A DNA stretch of 64,000 nt from an uncultured Myxococcales bacterium (GTDB taxonomy: Bacteria; Myxococcota_A; Polyangia; JAAYKL01), in contig CAZHCG010000005.1 of assembly GCA_964530995.1 (NCBI GenBank), forward strand, positions 3,853 through 67,852. Direction: 5' to 3'. Positions 35,456 to 45,539 of this stretch are shown in pieces. The translations under genes and the position numbers were made by a program. Each line of letters begins with the position of its first letter. Position 1 is the stretch's first letter. The notes under the pieces were generated by a model. It did no database searches. It was not told where the DNA came from and worked only from the letters and a program-made list of their open reading frames with translations.

Positions 35456-36592
35456 TCAGCCCACCACGCGCGAGCGGGTGGCCTGGATTCGCAGCTCGAT
35501 GTCGGTCAGGAAGAAGAGGCACAGCAACGCGTGCTGCCTGGAAGGCGCCGGCTGGCTGACGGCGTCGCGGAAGCGCACGTAGTGGGCGCCGTGCACGCCC
35601 AGCGCCAGCAGCGCCTCGGCGAGCGTCGATCCGGCGCCGGCCACCGCGGTCACGTGCTTTTCGAGCAACCGCTCCGCCCGCTCCACGGCCGCGATGTTGT
35701 CGCCGATCGCGATCGACTCCTCGATCGCGGCGATCTCCTCGCGATTCTCGCCCGGCTCCCAGAGGTCGGAGAGGGTCACCATCCCCGGCTCGGCCTGTTC
35801 TTCCCCCGCCGCGGGCAGCTCGGCCGCGCTCTCTCTCGCGCCGAGCTCCACGTGGGCTTCGATCGCCTGGGCCAGACCCGATTTCTCGGCTTCCCCGTCG
35901 GTCGTTCCGATCTCCCACTCGCCCGAGGGCGGTGACGCGGCGGTCGCGGCTCCGGCGCCGCTTTGCGGCCCGGAAGGCTCCTTCGTTTTTTTCTGCTCGC
36001 CGTAGAGGCCCTTGACCCGCAGGTCGGCCAGCACGAGCTTGGTGATCGTCTTGAGCGAATCGAACAGGCCCTTGCCGGTCACCGCGCAGGTGGGAAACGA
36101 CGGAACACCGCGCCGGTTCAGATCGCGGTCCATCTTCTCGACCGGCATCGCTCCGGCGATGTCGCGCTTGTTGTGCTGCAGAACCAGCGGCACGGTCTCG
36201 GGGTTCATCCCGTGGGAGCGCAGGTTGTCCCAGAGGTTGTCCATGCTCTCCAGGTTGGCGTCGCGACGCTCGGGCTGGGAGTCGGCGACGAAGACCACCC
36301 CGTCCGCGCCTTGCAGAACCAGCTTGCGCGTCGCGTTGTAGTGGACCTGGCCGGGAACCGTGTAGAGAGACATGCGGACCGTGAAGCCGCGAATCTTGGG
36401 CAGCTTGACCGGCAGGAAATCGAAGTAGAGGGTGCGGTCGATTCCGGTGGCGAGCGAAATCATCTGGCCGCGGTTGTCGGATCTCAGCGAGCGGTGAATC
36501 GACTGAAGAGAGGTTGTTTTTCCGCCCAGCCCGGGGCCGTAGTAGACGATCTTTATGCTCACCTCGTCGGTGTGCAGGTTGATCGAAGACAT
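35456..36592 (-). CDS. MglA-like small Ras-family GTPase with a ~180-aa C-terminal extension
   Basis: KIVYYGPGLGGKTT, DRTLYFDFLP, YTVPGQVHY, GADGVVFVADS, NKRD, CAVTGKG. The true start is ATG 36592; the track ORF from 38002 is an over-extension. Confidence 0.9.
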   Translation of the reverse strand: MSSINLHTDEVSIKIVYYGPGLGGKTTSLQSIHRSLRSDNRGQMISLATGIDRTLYFDFLPVKLPKIRGFTVRMSLYTVPGQVHYNATRKLVLQGADGVVFVADSQPERRDANLESMDNLWDNLRSHGMNPETVPLVLQHNKRDIAGAMPVEKMDRDLNRRGVPSFPTCAVTGKGLFDSLKTITKLVLADLRVKGLYGEQKKTKEPSGPQSGAGAATAASPPSGEWEIGTTDGEAEKSGLAQAIEAHVELGARESAAELPAAGEEQAEPGMVTLSDLWEPGENREEIAAIEESIAIGDNIAAVERAERLLEKHVTAVAGAGSTLAEALLALGVHGAHYVRFRDAVSQPAPSRQHALLCLFFLTDIELRIQATRSRVVG

Positions 36593-36772
36593 GCGCTGTG
36601 GCTCCTCTCGCCGGGGGTTCCGGCCGAAACGATAGGGACCGGGTCGTTTTTTTGCAAGTGGCGCCGCCAGCGACCTGATTCCTCCGGAGCTGGACGCGAC
36701 CTCGGTGGCTCGTATAGAAGAGTGCTGTCGATCGTCCCGCCGAGTGAGCGGGAGCGACAGGGTGTGGTGCCG

Positions 36773-38920
36773 ATGGCGTTTTTCGGTCAGCTGATGCTCT
36801 GCGTCACCGCGGTTCTCTCCGCCGCCGGGACGGCCGTGTACGTGGCTCGGGGTCAGCAGCGTCGCTACCACCGGGTCGGGCGCGATCTGCTGCTGGGCGC
36901 CGCGGCCTCCAGCGCGGTGGTGCTGATCGCGCTGCTGTTCCTGCTGGTCACTCGGGACTACCGGGTGGCCTACGTGCACGAGTACGCGGACCGCACGATG
37001 TCGCTGCGGTACCTGGTCACCGCGCTGTGGGGAGGGCACGCCGGGTCGCTGGCGCTCTGGGCCGCGCTGCAGACCTGGTTCGCCGCCGCCGCGGCGGTCT
37101 GGATCGGGCGCCGGCCCTCGCTCGAGACGGCGCCCACCGCGCTGGGAGCGCTCGGCGGGCTGGGCACCTTCTTCACCCTGATCGTGCTGTTCCTCTCGGA
37201 TCCGTTCGTCCCGCTGGGCACCAGCGCCAGCGAGGGGGTTGGAATCAACCCGCTGCTGCGCAATTTCTACATGGCCTTCCACCCGCCGACGCTGTACCTG
37301 GGATTCGTCGGTTTCTCCGTGCCGGCCGCGTTCGCGGTCGCCGCGATGGTCCACCGCCGCTACGACGAGGCCTGGAGCGGAGCTCAGCGGCACTGGATCC
37401 TGAGCTCGTGGATCTTTCTCACGGTTGGAAACGTGCTGGGCATGGTCTGGGCCTACGAAGAGCTGGGCTGGGGAGGCTACTGGGGATGGGATCCGGTGGA
37501 GAACGCCTCGCTGATGCCGTGGTTGACCGCGACGGCGCTCTTGCACTCGACGGCCGCCGAGGAGCGGCGCGGGGCGTTGAGGCGCTGGAACGTGCTGCTG
37601 GTCTGCCTGACCTACTCGCTGGTGGTGTTCGGCACGTTTCTGACCCGTTCGGGGGTGATCGATTCGGTGCACGCCTTTGCCGACTCCTCGACCGGTCCCT
37701 GGCTGCTGGGTCTGATCCTGGCAAGCGCCGTGATTCCGATCGTGCTGCTCGTCGTTCGCTGGCGGGATCTCGCGCCCGGGCGGCCGCTGGGCAAGCTGAC
37801 CTCCCGCGACGGATTGATTCTGCTCGCCGACGTCGCGTTCGTCGTGGCGACCGTGCTGGTCTGGGTGGGGACGATGATGCCGCTGCTGGCAGAGGTGACC
37901 ACGGGGGAGAAGATCACGCTGACTCCGGAGGCGTTCAATCGCTGGATGACACCGGTGGGGCTGGCCGTGCTGGCGTTGCTGGCGCTCTGCGTGGCGCTCC
38001 ACCGCCGTTCCGGAAAGGGCGGCGATCGATTCTGGCGGCTGGCGGCTCCGCTGGTCGTCGGAGCGGCCTCGGCGCTGATCGCGGCGATCTGCGGCGGTTT
38101 CGGCTCCGGGCTGGAAGGCGCGATGGCGTTCGCTCCGGTGGCGGCGGTGGGGTTGATCGGAGCGGGAGCCGCGGCGGTTTTACAGGAGCTGCGGCGTATC
38201 CTGGCGCGGCGCAATCGCGCGGAGGGATCGGAAGGCGGATCGCGTCGCGGCCTGGGCGCGCAGATTGTCCATCTCGGGGTGCTGGTGGCGTTCGCCGGTT
38301 TTGTCGGATCGGCTTTCACCGTGGAGAGCGGCGGAGCGCTGGGGCCGGGCGAGACGCTGTTCGCCGGTGACTACAGAATTCACATGATCGGGTTGCGCGT
38401 CGACGGCGACGCCGAACGCGAGGCGGTCTTCGCCGACTTGCACGTGCGGGGTCCCGAGCGCAGGCTGGGCGTGATGTCTCCGGCTCGTTTCACTTATCAC
38501 AGCCACCCGGGGCAGCCCACCAGCGAGGTCGCGATCGACTCCTCGGCCGCCGGGGATCTCTTCCTGGCGCTGGGCGAGATCGACGGAGCGACCGGCAGGG
38601 CCGTGATCCGCGCGGTGATCAATCCGCTGGTGCCCTGGATCTGGGCGGGCGGGCTGCTGGTCGTGCTGGGCACGCTGCTGGGCATGGTGCGGCGCGGTGC
38701 GCTGGCGAGGCTGATCGCAATGGATCGACCGCTGCGGTCGCGCCTGCTTCCTTTCGCCGCGGGGATCGCCCTGGTCGTGGCGGCCGCCGGCGTCGCGGGA
38801 GTTCTGCGGGGCGCTCCGGCCGCGATGGTCGTGCTGGGGGCGGTCGCGATATCGCTGGCGGCCTACCTCGTGGCTTCGGCCGCGGGAGGTCTGGCGGGAT
38901 CGAGAGGCGAGGGGCGATGA
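36773..38920 (+). CDS. ccmF: Cytochrome c maturation heme lyase CcmF
   Basis: GINPLL, FHPP, WAYEELGWGGYWGWDPVENAS, ALLHS, FGTFLTRSG, INPLVPWIW. Confidence 0.93.
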   Translation: MAFFGQLMLCVTAVLSAAGTAVYVARGQQRRYHRVGRDLLLGAAASSAVVLIALLFLLVTRDYRVAYVHEYADRTMSLRYLVTALWGGHAGSLALWAALQTWFAAAAAVWIGRRPSLETAPTALGALGGLGTFFTLIVLFLSDPFVPLGTSASEGVGINPLLRNFYMAFHPPTLYLGFVGFSVPAAFAVAAMVHRRYDEAWSGAQRHWILSSWIFLTVGNVLGMVWAYEELGWGGYWGWDPVENASLMPWLTATALLHSTAAEERRGALRRWNVLLVCLTYSLVVFGTFLTRSGVIDSVHAFADSSTGPWLLGLILASAVIPIVLLVVRWRDLAPGRPLGKLTSRDGLILLADVAFVVATVLVWVGTMMPLLAEVTTGEKITLTPEAFNRWMTPVGLAVLALLALCVALHRRSGKGGDRFWRLAAPLVVGAASALIAAICGGFGSGLEGAMAFAPVAAVGLIGAGAAAVLQELRRILARRNRAEGSEGGSRRGLGAQIVHLGVLVAFAGFVGSAFTVESGGALGPGETLFAGDYRIHMIGLRVDGDAEREAVFADLHVRGPERRLGVMSPARFTYHSHPGQPTSEVAIDSSAAGDLFLALGEIDGATGRAVIRAVINPLVPWIWAGGLLVVLGTLLGMVRRGALARLIAMDRPLRSRLLPFAAGIALVVAAAGVAGVLRGAPAAMVVLGAVAISLAAYLVASAAGGLAGSRGEGR

Positions 38921-39948
38921 CGCTCTGGCTGGCCATTCTGCCGCTGGCGCTTCCGGCTGCGGTCGCGGACGCCGAGTCCGGGGATGCTTCGTTCGAGCCG
39001 GCGCCTGATGCCGGAGCCGGCGAGGTTTCCCCGGTGGAACCGCCTCCCGGGAGCGTCACGCTGGAGCTGCGCGACTCCGAGGGCAGACCGCTTCCGGGCC
39101 GGAAGGTGTTCGTCGAAGCCCGCGATTCCGCGGGGGACGTTCGTCGGCTGGAGATGGAGACCAACGAGAGCGGATGGGCGCGCGCGCTCGGAATTCCGGT
39201 GAGCGGCTCCGAGCAGCTGGTCGCCGGGATCTCCGGTCCGGACGGCGAGACCCTCGCCTCCAGCGGGTCTTTCCGCATGCGCGAGGGCCCGGGGATTCGA
39301 ATCGTGCTCGAGGAGCCGCGCCGCAGCGATGATCTCTCCGAGGTCGTGGTCGGCGATTTGCACGTGGTGCTGGAGCGCCTCGGGGATCGGATCGAGGTGA
39401 CGGAGGTGCTCTCGCTGCGTTCGCCACGAGGAGTCGCGGTCGAAGGAGAGATCCTGCTCCCGTTGCCGGCGGGGGCCGTTCACCCCCGCGTCTCGAAACG
39501 GGAGGGCAGCTCTTCTGCGGCGCGCGTCGCGGAGGAGGGCTTCGTGATCGATGGTCCGTTCTCGGCGGCGGGCCGGGACGCCACCCTGGTTTTCGAGGTG
39601 CCGGTCGAGCAGGGGGCTTGTCGCATCGAGCAGGATTTCGGGCGGCCGGTGGAGGCGGCTCGCGTGATTTCGGCCTGGACGGCGGGCGGGGCCGATCTCG
39701 TGGCGGACGGTCTTGATCCCGCCAGGCGCACCGAGGTCGGAGGCGGCCTGGAGGCCCTGGTGTCGACGGGACGCCAGATACGAGACGGGGTTGTCGATAT
39801 CAGGCTTTCCGGGCTGGAGCTGGATCCGATCGGGAAGTGGCGCAGCGCGACGTTGGTGTTGGCGTTGCTCTTGCTCGCGCTGGGCGTCCTGCTGCGCTGG
39901 CGTGACCGGACGCGCCGGCGCGGATCGAAGAACGGTGAGCAGGGATGA
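38917..39948 (+). CDS. Exported Ig/carboxypeptidase-regulatory-like protein with C-terminal TM, ccm-associated
   Basis: Signal peptide, beta-rich domains and a C-terminal TM followed by basic residues. Translationally coupled to ccmF and ccmA. Confidence 0.65.
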   Translation: MTLWLAILPLALPAAVADAESGDASFEPAPDAGAGEVSPVEPPPGSVTLELRDSEGRPLPGRKVFVEARDSAGDVRRLEMETNESGWARALGIPVSGSEQLVAGISGPDGETLASSGSFRMREGPGIRIVLEEPRRSDDLSEVVVGDLHVVLERLGDRIEVTEVLSLRSPRGVAVEGEILLPLPAGAVHPRVSKREGSSSAARVAEEGFVIDGPFSAAGRDATLVFEVPVEQGACRIEQDFGRPVEAARVISAWTAGGADLVADGLDPARRTEVGGGLEALVSTGRQIRDGVVDIRLSGLELDPIGKWRSATLVLALLLLALGVLLRWRDRTRRRGSKNGEQG

Positions 39949-40667
39949 GCGGTGCGATCGAGCGCGTCGCGATCGAAGATCTGTCGAAGGTCTTCGGCCC
40001 GGTGCGCGCTTTGCGCCGAGTCGGGCTCGAGCTGCGCGCCGGAGACTCGGTCGCGGTGATGGGTCCCAACGGAGCCGGCAAGTCGACGTTGCTGGCGATT
40101 CTATCGCTGACGACCCGGCCGACCAGCGGGCGCTTGCTCTTCGATGACAGGCCCGCGCGACCGTCGGATCCGCAGCTGAGATCCAGGCTCGGGCTGCTTT
40201 CCCACCAGCCGATGGTCTATCCGGATCTGACCGGCCTGGAGAACCTGCGCCTGTTCGCCAGGCTCTACGGCGTCGCCGAGCCCGACAGGGAGGTGAGCCG
40301 GCAGGTGGAACAGCTCGGTCTGGGATCGTACGTGGCGGATCGCGTGGTACGGGTCCTCTCTCGAGGGCAGCTGCAGCGGATCGCGTTGGCGCGCGCGATG
40401 CTGGGGAGACCGGATCTGCTGCTGCTGGACGAGCCGGCGGCGGGCCTGGATCGGGAGGCGGTGCGGCGAATAGCGCGTGCAATCGGAGCTCACCGCGAGC
40501 GGGGTGGAATCGCGGTTACGGTCACGCATGAGCCCGAGCTGGCGAGCGAGGTGGCGGATCGAGCGGTAATGCTGGCGCGCGGCGAGGTCGTCTCGGACGA
40601 ATCCTCGCCGGGCGGCGCCGACGATTGGCGCGAGCTGTACGGTCGCTGCGCGGACCAGGGGGTGTGA
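39945..40667 (+). CDS. ccmA: Heme exporter ATP-binding subunit CcmA
   Basis: GPNGAGKST, LSRGQLQRIALAR, LLLDEP, VTH. Located in a ccm context. Confidence 0.88.
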   Translation: MSGAIERVAIEDLSKVFGPVRALRRVGLELRAGDSVAVMGPNGAGKSTLLAILSLTTRPTSGRLLFDDRPARPSDPQLRSRLGLLSHQPMVYPDLTGLENLRLFARLYGVAEPDREVSRQVEQLGLGSYVADRVVRVLSRGQLQRIALARAMLGRPDLLLLDEPAAGLDREAVRRIARAIGAHRERGGIAVTVTHEPELASEVADRAVMLARGEVVSDESSPGGADDWRELYGRCADQGV

Positions 40668-41344
40668 TGGGGTTCGCTCGCGCAGTCTGGTTGGTGCTCG
40701 CCAAGGATTTGCGAGTGGAGCTCAGGTCCAAGGAGATAGTGATCAGCACGGCGCTGTTCGCGGTGCTGGTGGTCGTGCTGGCCGGTTTCGCCCTGGGGAC
40801 GGCGGGTCGACCGAGGGCGGAGGTCGCGCCGGGCGTGTTGTGGCTCGCCGTTGCCTTCGCCGGTGTGCTCGCGTTGAGCCGCACTTTTTCGAGGGAGAGG
40901 GAGCTCGGGGTCTGGACGGCGCTGTTGCTGGCGCCGGCCCCGCGTGCGGCGCTGTTTCTGGGCAAGGCGCTGGGCGTGATCGTTTTCCTGTTGGCAGTGG
41001 AGATCGTTGTGATTCCGGTAGTGGATCTGATGTTCAACGCTCCGTTGCTGTCCAATCTGCACCGCCTGGCTCCGGTGCTGTTGCTCGGAACCGCGGGTTA
41101 TGCGGTGACGGGGACTCTGTTCGCCTCGATGGCCGTGCGTACCAGGCTGCGTGACTTGCTGCTGGGCGTAATTCTCTTCCCGCTGGTCTCGCCGGTGTTG
41201 ATCGCGGCCGTCAAAGCGAGCGCTGCGATCGTCGCCGGAGAGGGGATGGAGTCCTGGGCTGATTTGACGGGGTTGCTGGTTGTTTTCGATGTTCTGTTTG
41301 TCGTGTTGGGATTGTGGCTTTTCGGTCCACTGATGGAAGACTGA
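40667..41344 (+). CDS. ccmB: Heme exporter permease CcmB
   Basis: KDLRVELRSKE, PGVLW, F.RERE.G, LL...LFPLV.PVLIAAV. Confidence 0.9.
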   Translation: MGFARAVWLVLAKDLRVELRSKEIVISTALFAVLVVVLAGFALGTAGRPRAEVAPGVLWLAVAFAGVLALSRTFSRERELGVWTALLLAPAPRAALFLGKALGVIVFLLAVEIVVIPVVDLMFNAPLLSNLHRLAPVLLLGTAGYAVTGTLFASMAVRTRLRDLLLGVILFPLVSPVLIAAVKASAAIVAGEGMESWADLTGLLVVFDVLFVVLGLWLFGPLMED

Positions 41345-41469
41345 AGCTTCGACGCAAATTTGGAGTCGAGCTACCGTTTTTGCGACCCCGGTTACGAAGA
41401 TGATGGATATATGACGCGGTACGCCGCATAATGTAGATATTCGTATGGCCTGGGGTCAGGAGGTGAAGG

Positions 41470-42918
41470 ATGCTCTTCCACCACAACGGAATTTCGATCG
41501 CCGCGCTGCCGCTGGCGTTGCTCGTCGCGGCCTGCGGCGGAGGCGGAGGCGCGGTTCTCGCTACGACGCCGACACCGGATGCGACGACCACCTCGGTGGA
41601 GATTCCTCCGCTCGAGGGCGGCTTCGAGTGCCCCGTTCCGAAAGGGGAGTGGACTCCGGTGATGATCGCGGGTGAAGGCGGCGCGCAGCTTTCGTCCGCC
41701 CTTTCCGATCGCGGCTCGGTGATGCTGCTGCTGGGCCGGGGCATGGATGCTGCGGAAGAGGACCGGGTCTTCCAGATGGTCAAGGCCGCGGCCTCCGAGA
41801 CGGCGGTCGTGGCCCGCGATCGGGGCACTCTGGACAAGCTGCTCCAGGAGCGGGGCGAGATTCCCTACCGCACGACCATGGAGCCGGCCGGAACCGACAT
41901 GTTCGGTCGTCCCTACCTGCTGCCCAAGCACCACCCTCTGCGCACCGAGTGGCTGGCAAACGAAAAGGCGCTCAAGGGAGCGGAGGGTATGCTCACCGTG
42001 CGACGCATTCGGGTCGACGACCAGAAGCTGCGCGAGCTGAGGCGACGCCGGCGCGGTGACTGCTCTCCGTTGAGCGAGGTGTTGGCCGGCGGAGTCGAGT
42101 CGGGCAGGAGCCTGCTGGCCGCCTACGAGCAGGCGGCCAACGCCTCGTTGGAGCGGGCGTTCCGCCGCCACCTGGAGGTGGCGCTGTCGTTCTGGCGCGA
42201 GGAGGTCGCGGCGGCCCGTGTCGAGGCCGATCCCTCCGGCGAGGCGATCCGCTGCCTGGACGCCTACCAGCAGATGCTGGAGAGCTACGCGCCATGCCTG
42301 GAGAGGGACTGCGGACTGCAGCCGGCGATGCTGCTTTGCGCCGGCGGAGCGATCGGGATCGACCGCGGTCCGTTCAACGCGTTGCCCGATCGCTGTCCGG
42401 CGGCCGGCGTGCGGGACTACTCCGCCGAGATCCGCGAGCTGGCCGCTCGCGCCGCGGACGAGGTGCTGCCCTCGCTCAACGGACCCTGGACCGGAGAAGT
42501 GCTGCGCCTGGCCGCGCTGCAGCGCCTGCAAAACGGAATCGAGGATTTCTGCGCCCCGCGGCACCGTCGTTTCTCCGCGCGGGATCTCGAATCGGCGAGG
42601 GAAGAGCTGCGCGATCTGATCGCGCGGCTAGGCCGGAAGGATCTCGACGGGGAGTGGTATCCTTCGAGCGGCATGGAGCGGGCGCCCGGAACCGGACCGG
42701 TGGAGGTGGTCGCCAGGTTGCGCGCGTTGGGCTCGGATCCCGATCGCGACGTCGAGGAGATGCTGGACCGGCTGCGCGGCATCGAGCGCTGCCACCGGGG
42801 CGGAGAGCGCACCGTGCAGGCGGCGCTGGTGGATGTGGGCAGTTCCGAGGTGGTGTTCATGGGCATCTTTTTCGAGGAGCAGCTCCTTTGCGAGGATCTT
42901 CCGCCGGGCAGCCCCTGA
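41470..42918 (+). CDS. Hypothetical Cys-containing lipoprotein
   Basis: RBS AGGAGG, lipobox LLVAAC, host-like codon usage. Confidence 0.7.
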   Translation: MLFHHNGISIAALPLALLVAACGGGGGAVLATTPTPDATTTSVEIPPLEGGFECPVPKGEWTPVMIAGEGGAQLSSALSDRGSVMLLLGRGMDAAEEDRVFQMVKAAASETAVVARDRGTLDKLLQERGEIPYRTTMEPAGTDMFGRPYLLPKHHPLRTEWLANEKALKGAEGMLTVRRIRVDDQKLRELRRRRRGDCSPLSEVLAGGVESGRSLLAAYEQAANASLERAFRRHLEVALSFWREEVAAARVEADPSGEAIRCLDAYQQMLESYAPCLERDCGLQPAMLLCAGGAIGIDRGPFNALPDRCPAAGVRDYSAEIRELAARAADEVLPSLNGPWTGEVLRLAALQRLQNGIEDFCAPRHRRFSARDLESAREELRDLIARLGRKDLDGEWYPSSGMERAPGTGPVEVVARLRALGSDPDRDVEEMLDRLRGIERCHRGGERTVQAALVDVGSSEVVFMGIFFEEQLLCEDLPPGSP

Positions 42919-43048
42919 GTCACTTCTTCGAGCGGCTGGGTCTTGTGCTTGGTTTTGTCTCGAGATTGTCGTATTTTCGAAATCGAGCTTCTTGTTCAGA
43001 AGGGACGTCGGTCCAATCCGGATATCGAATCCGGAAGGAGGTTTGGCG

Positions 43049-44470
43049 ATGAGAGATCCATGGAGCTGGATTGTCGTTGCTCTGTCGGCCGTCGGGCTCG
43101 CGATCCTGGCGCCTCGGCTCGCCGCGGCGCAGGATGACTCCGAGGAGGACGAGGAGGCCGCCGCGGAGGAGGACGCGGACGAGGAGACCTCCGAAGAGGA
43201 CGATGTCGACACCGAGGATCTGTTCGGCGCGGACGACGAGCTTCCGCCCGAAGCCGGCGCGGGCGACGAGGAGGAGGAAGAGAGCTCGGCGCCGCCCGAA
43301 AAGGTCGAGCCCAAGCTGCTGCGCGGCACCTGGACCAGGTCGATCGTGTTCGCCACCGACGACGGGCAGTTCGAGTTCCAGCCGCGGGGCTGGGTCCAGC
43401 CGCGTTTCGGGATGAGCATCGTTCCGGACAACGACGACACGCTGGCGGGAACCGGCTTCACGCTCAAGCGCGCCAGGTTCGGTTTCCAGGCCAAGCTGTT
43501 CGACTGGGCGCGCATCTACCTGGACAGTGGTTTCGCCTCGGGCCAGGGGCGCCTGGTGGACTACTTCGTGGACATCGATCCCTTCGACGGGATCGCGGCG
43601 CTGCGCGTCGGTCACTTCCGGCCGTGGTTCTCGCGGCAGTTCCTGATGTCGACCACCAGGCTGCAGATGGTCGAGTACGCCCAGGCCTGGCAGGATCCCG
43701 TTTTGGGTCTCGGGGTCGGCCGCGATCTGGGCGCCTCGATCTTCGGAATGATCGCCGACACGGTCGAGTACGGAGTGGGCGCCTGGAACGGCGAGGAGGA
43801 CAAGTACGGTCTCGGCCCGATAGGCACTGAAAACGATCTCGTTTCGCCGGGCAACATCGACTTCGAGGTGGGCGGCCGGATCGCGGTGCACCCCCTGGGT
43901 CCGATGGATGCGGGCGAGCCTTTGCCCCTGGGCGACGAGTCGGACAGCGCGATCTCCGACAAGCCCAGGCTCGTGGTCGGAGGCGCGGTGCTGTACAACA
44001 AGCGGCACAACAACGAGGTGGAAATCGCTCCCGACGTCTGGAATCTGTACTACGACCACCAGCTCAAGATCGGAGCCGAGCTCGCCTTCCAGTGGATGGG
44101 TTTCTCGTTCATGGGCGAGCTGTTCTGGATGCAGACCAAGGTCCAGGACGATGCCGACCCGGCGATCAAGGCAGCGGTGCGCAACCTGGACGGCGAGCCG
44201 ACCGGTCTCGGCACCTACGCTCAGCTGGGCTACTTCGTGATGCCGCGGCAGCTCGAGATCGCCGCGCGCTTCGACATGGTCGACGAGGACACCGCAGTGC
44301 GCGGCACGCGGCTCTACCCCGGAGTCGGGACCACCTACTACCTGCACGGCAACAACCTCAAGGCGCAGCTGATGTACCGCCTTTCCGTGGGGCCGGGATA
44401 CGAGAAGCCCGATCCCAACTACATTCCGATGGGCCACGAGATCTTCCTGATGCTGCAAGCGTCGATCTAG
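43049..44470 (+). CDS. Outer-membrane porin, OprO/OprP-like
   Basis: Signal peptide and acidic linker, then F.LKRARFG, DYFVD, RVGHFRPWFSR, GRDLG, alternating beta-strands and a C-terminal hydrophobic strand. Confidence 0.82.
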   Translation: MRDPWSWIVVALSAVGLAILAPRLAAAQDDSEEDEEAAAEEDADEETSEEDDVDTEDLFGADDELPPEAGAGDEEEEESSAPPEKVEPKLLRGTWTRSIVFATDDGQFEFQPRGWVQPRFGMSIVPDNDDTLAGTGFTLKRARFGFQAKLFDWARIYLDSGFASGQGRLVDYFVDIDPFDGIAALRVGHFRPWFSRQFLMSTTRLQMVEYAQAWQDPVLGLGVGRDLGASIFGMIADTVEYGVGAWNGEEDKYGLGPIGTENDLVSPGNIDFEVGGRIAVHPLGPMDAGEPLPLGDESDSAISDKPRLVVGGAVLYNKRHNNEVEIAPDVWNLYYDHQLKIGAELAFQWMGFSFMGELFWMQTKVQDDADPAIKAAVRNLDGEPTGLGTYAQLGYFVMPRQLEIAARFDMVDEDTAVRGTRLYPGVGTTYYLHGNNLKAQLMYRLSVGPGYEKPDPNYIPMGHEIFLMLQASI

Positions 44471-45052
44471 TCTGAAGCTCCCTTGCCGAAAAGGCGAAAA
44501 GCGGCGTTGATTCAGGGGTTGTGCTGCAAGGCCGGTGCACGCGACTGTCTACAGAGTGATCTCCTTGATCAGGTCGAGGGCTTTTTGTTGGTAGGGGGTC
44601 GGGGTCGAGTCGATGACGAGCGGCGGCAGGTCGAGCTTGCTGTCGCGGGTGCAGTGGTTTCGCACGATCGAGCCGAGGTGCTCGAGGAGCGAGCGGAAGC
44701 TGTGGACGGGCTCGTCGTCTTTGGTGGTCTTGAGCGCGGCCTTGGCGAGGGCGTCGTCGGAGCGCTTCGCCGGCGCGACCGGGTCGCGGGTTGTCTTTGC
44801 GTCCTGGTCTTCATCGGCGAAAGTGATCGGGCGCCAGGCCTGCGTCATGTGCCACTGCACGTAGTACGAGAGCATACACAGGAAGATGTGCGCGCGGACG
44901 CGGTCTTCGGTGCAGTGGTGGATCGGCCGCACGAGCAGGTCGACGGTCTTCAGGGAGCGGAAGGCGCGCTCGACGTTGGCCAGCGACTTGTAGTTACGCA
45001 CCGCGTCCTCGGGACTCATGCGCTCTTCGGGCAGGCTGGTGCGCACGATGTA
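44467..45052 (-). mobile_element. IS1634-family remnant: 3' part of the transposase (44549-45052) plus the right end at CTAG
   Basis: YIVRTSL...VRNYKSLANVERAFRSLKTVDL.VRPIHH..EDRVRAHIFLCMLSYY. The element ends in ...GGGAGCTTCAGACTAG, and the CTAG (44467-44470) overlaps the porin stop codon. Confidence 0.85.
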
Positions 45053-45054
45053 CC

Positions 45055-45475
45055 CCTCTGTTGCAAAGAAAAGCTGAGAAGCAAATTATATAAAAGCTTG
45101 CGGGGCCCCTTATTCTCTGGGTATTCTCGGTTTGTACAAAATCAAAAACGCCCGGATCAGGAGGCCACCGCAAGTGAAATCCAGTAAAGCACAGATTCAC
45201 GCCAATTTCCACCCCGCCGACCGGGGCGACCTCGAGAAGCGCCCGGCCCGCTGGGAGTTCGAAAGCCTCGGCACCATCCGCCAGCACCTGCTCCACAACG
45301 CCGGCACCCTGACCAGGCCCCAGGGCGAGCTGACGCTGACGATGAACGCCAACGACGCCGTCCGGGAGGAGATGACCCGCTACCTCGACGGCTTGATGGC
45401 GCGGGCCGCCTGAAACTGAACAGCGGCTCTCTTCGACGCTCGAAAAAGAACTGAAGCAACCGATGCTGTCGCCAT
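45055..45475 (+). mobile_element. Internally deleted IS1380-family element (mini-ORF 45174-45413)
   Basis: RBS AGGAGG and GTG start give VKSSKAQIHANFH, fused in frame to ...WEFESLGTIRQHLLHNAGTLTRPQGELTLTMNAN. These resemble the extreme N- and C-termini of IS1380 transposases. Possible imperfect ends are CCTCTGTTGC (45055) and GCAACCGATG (~45456). Confidence 0.6.
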
Positions 45476-45539
45476 ATATGCATGGCATAAAACCCCTATA
45501 ATCTCGGCGAGTCGGGGCGAAGACAGCCGACTCGGCTTC

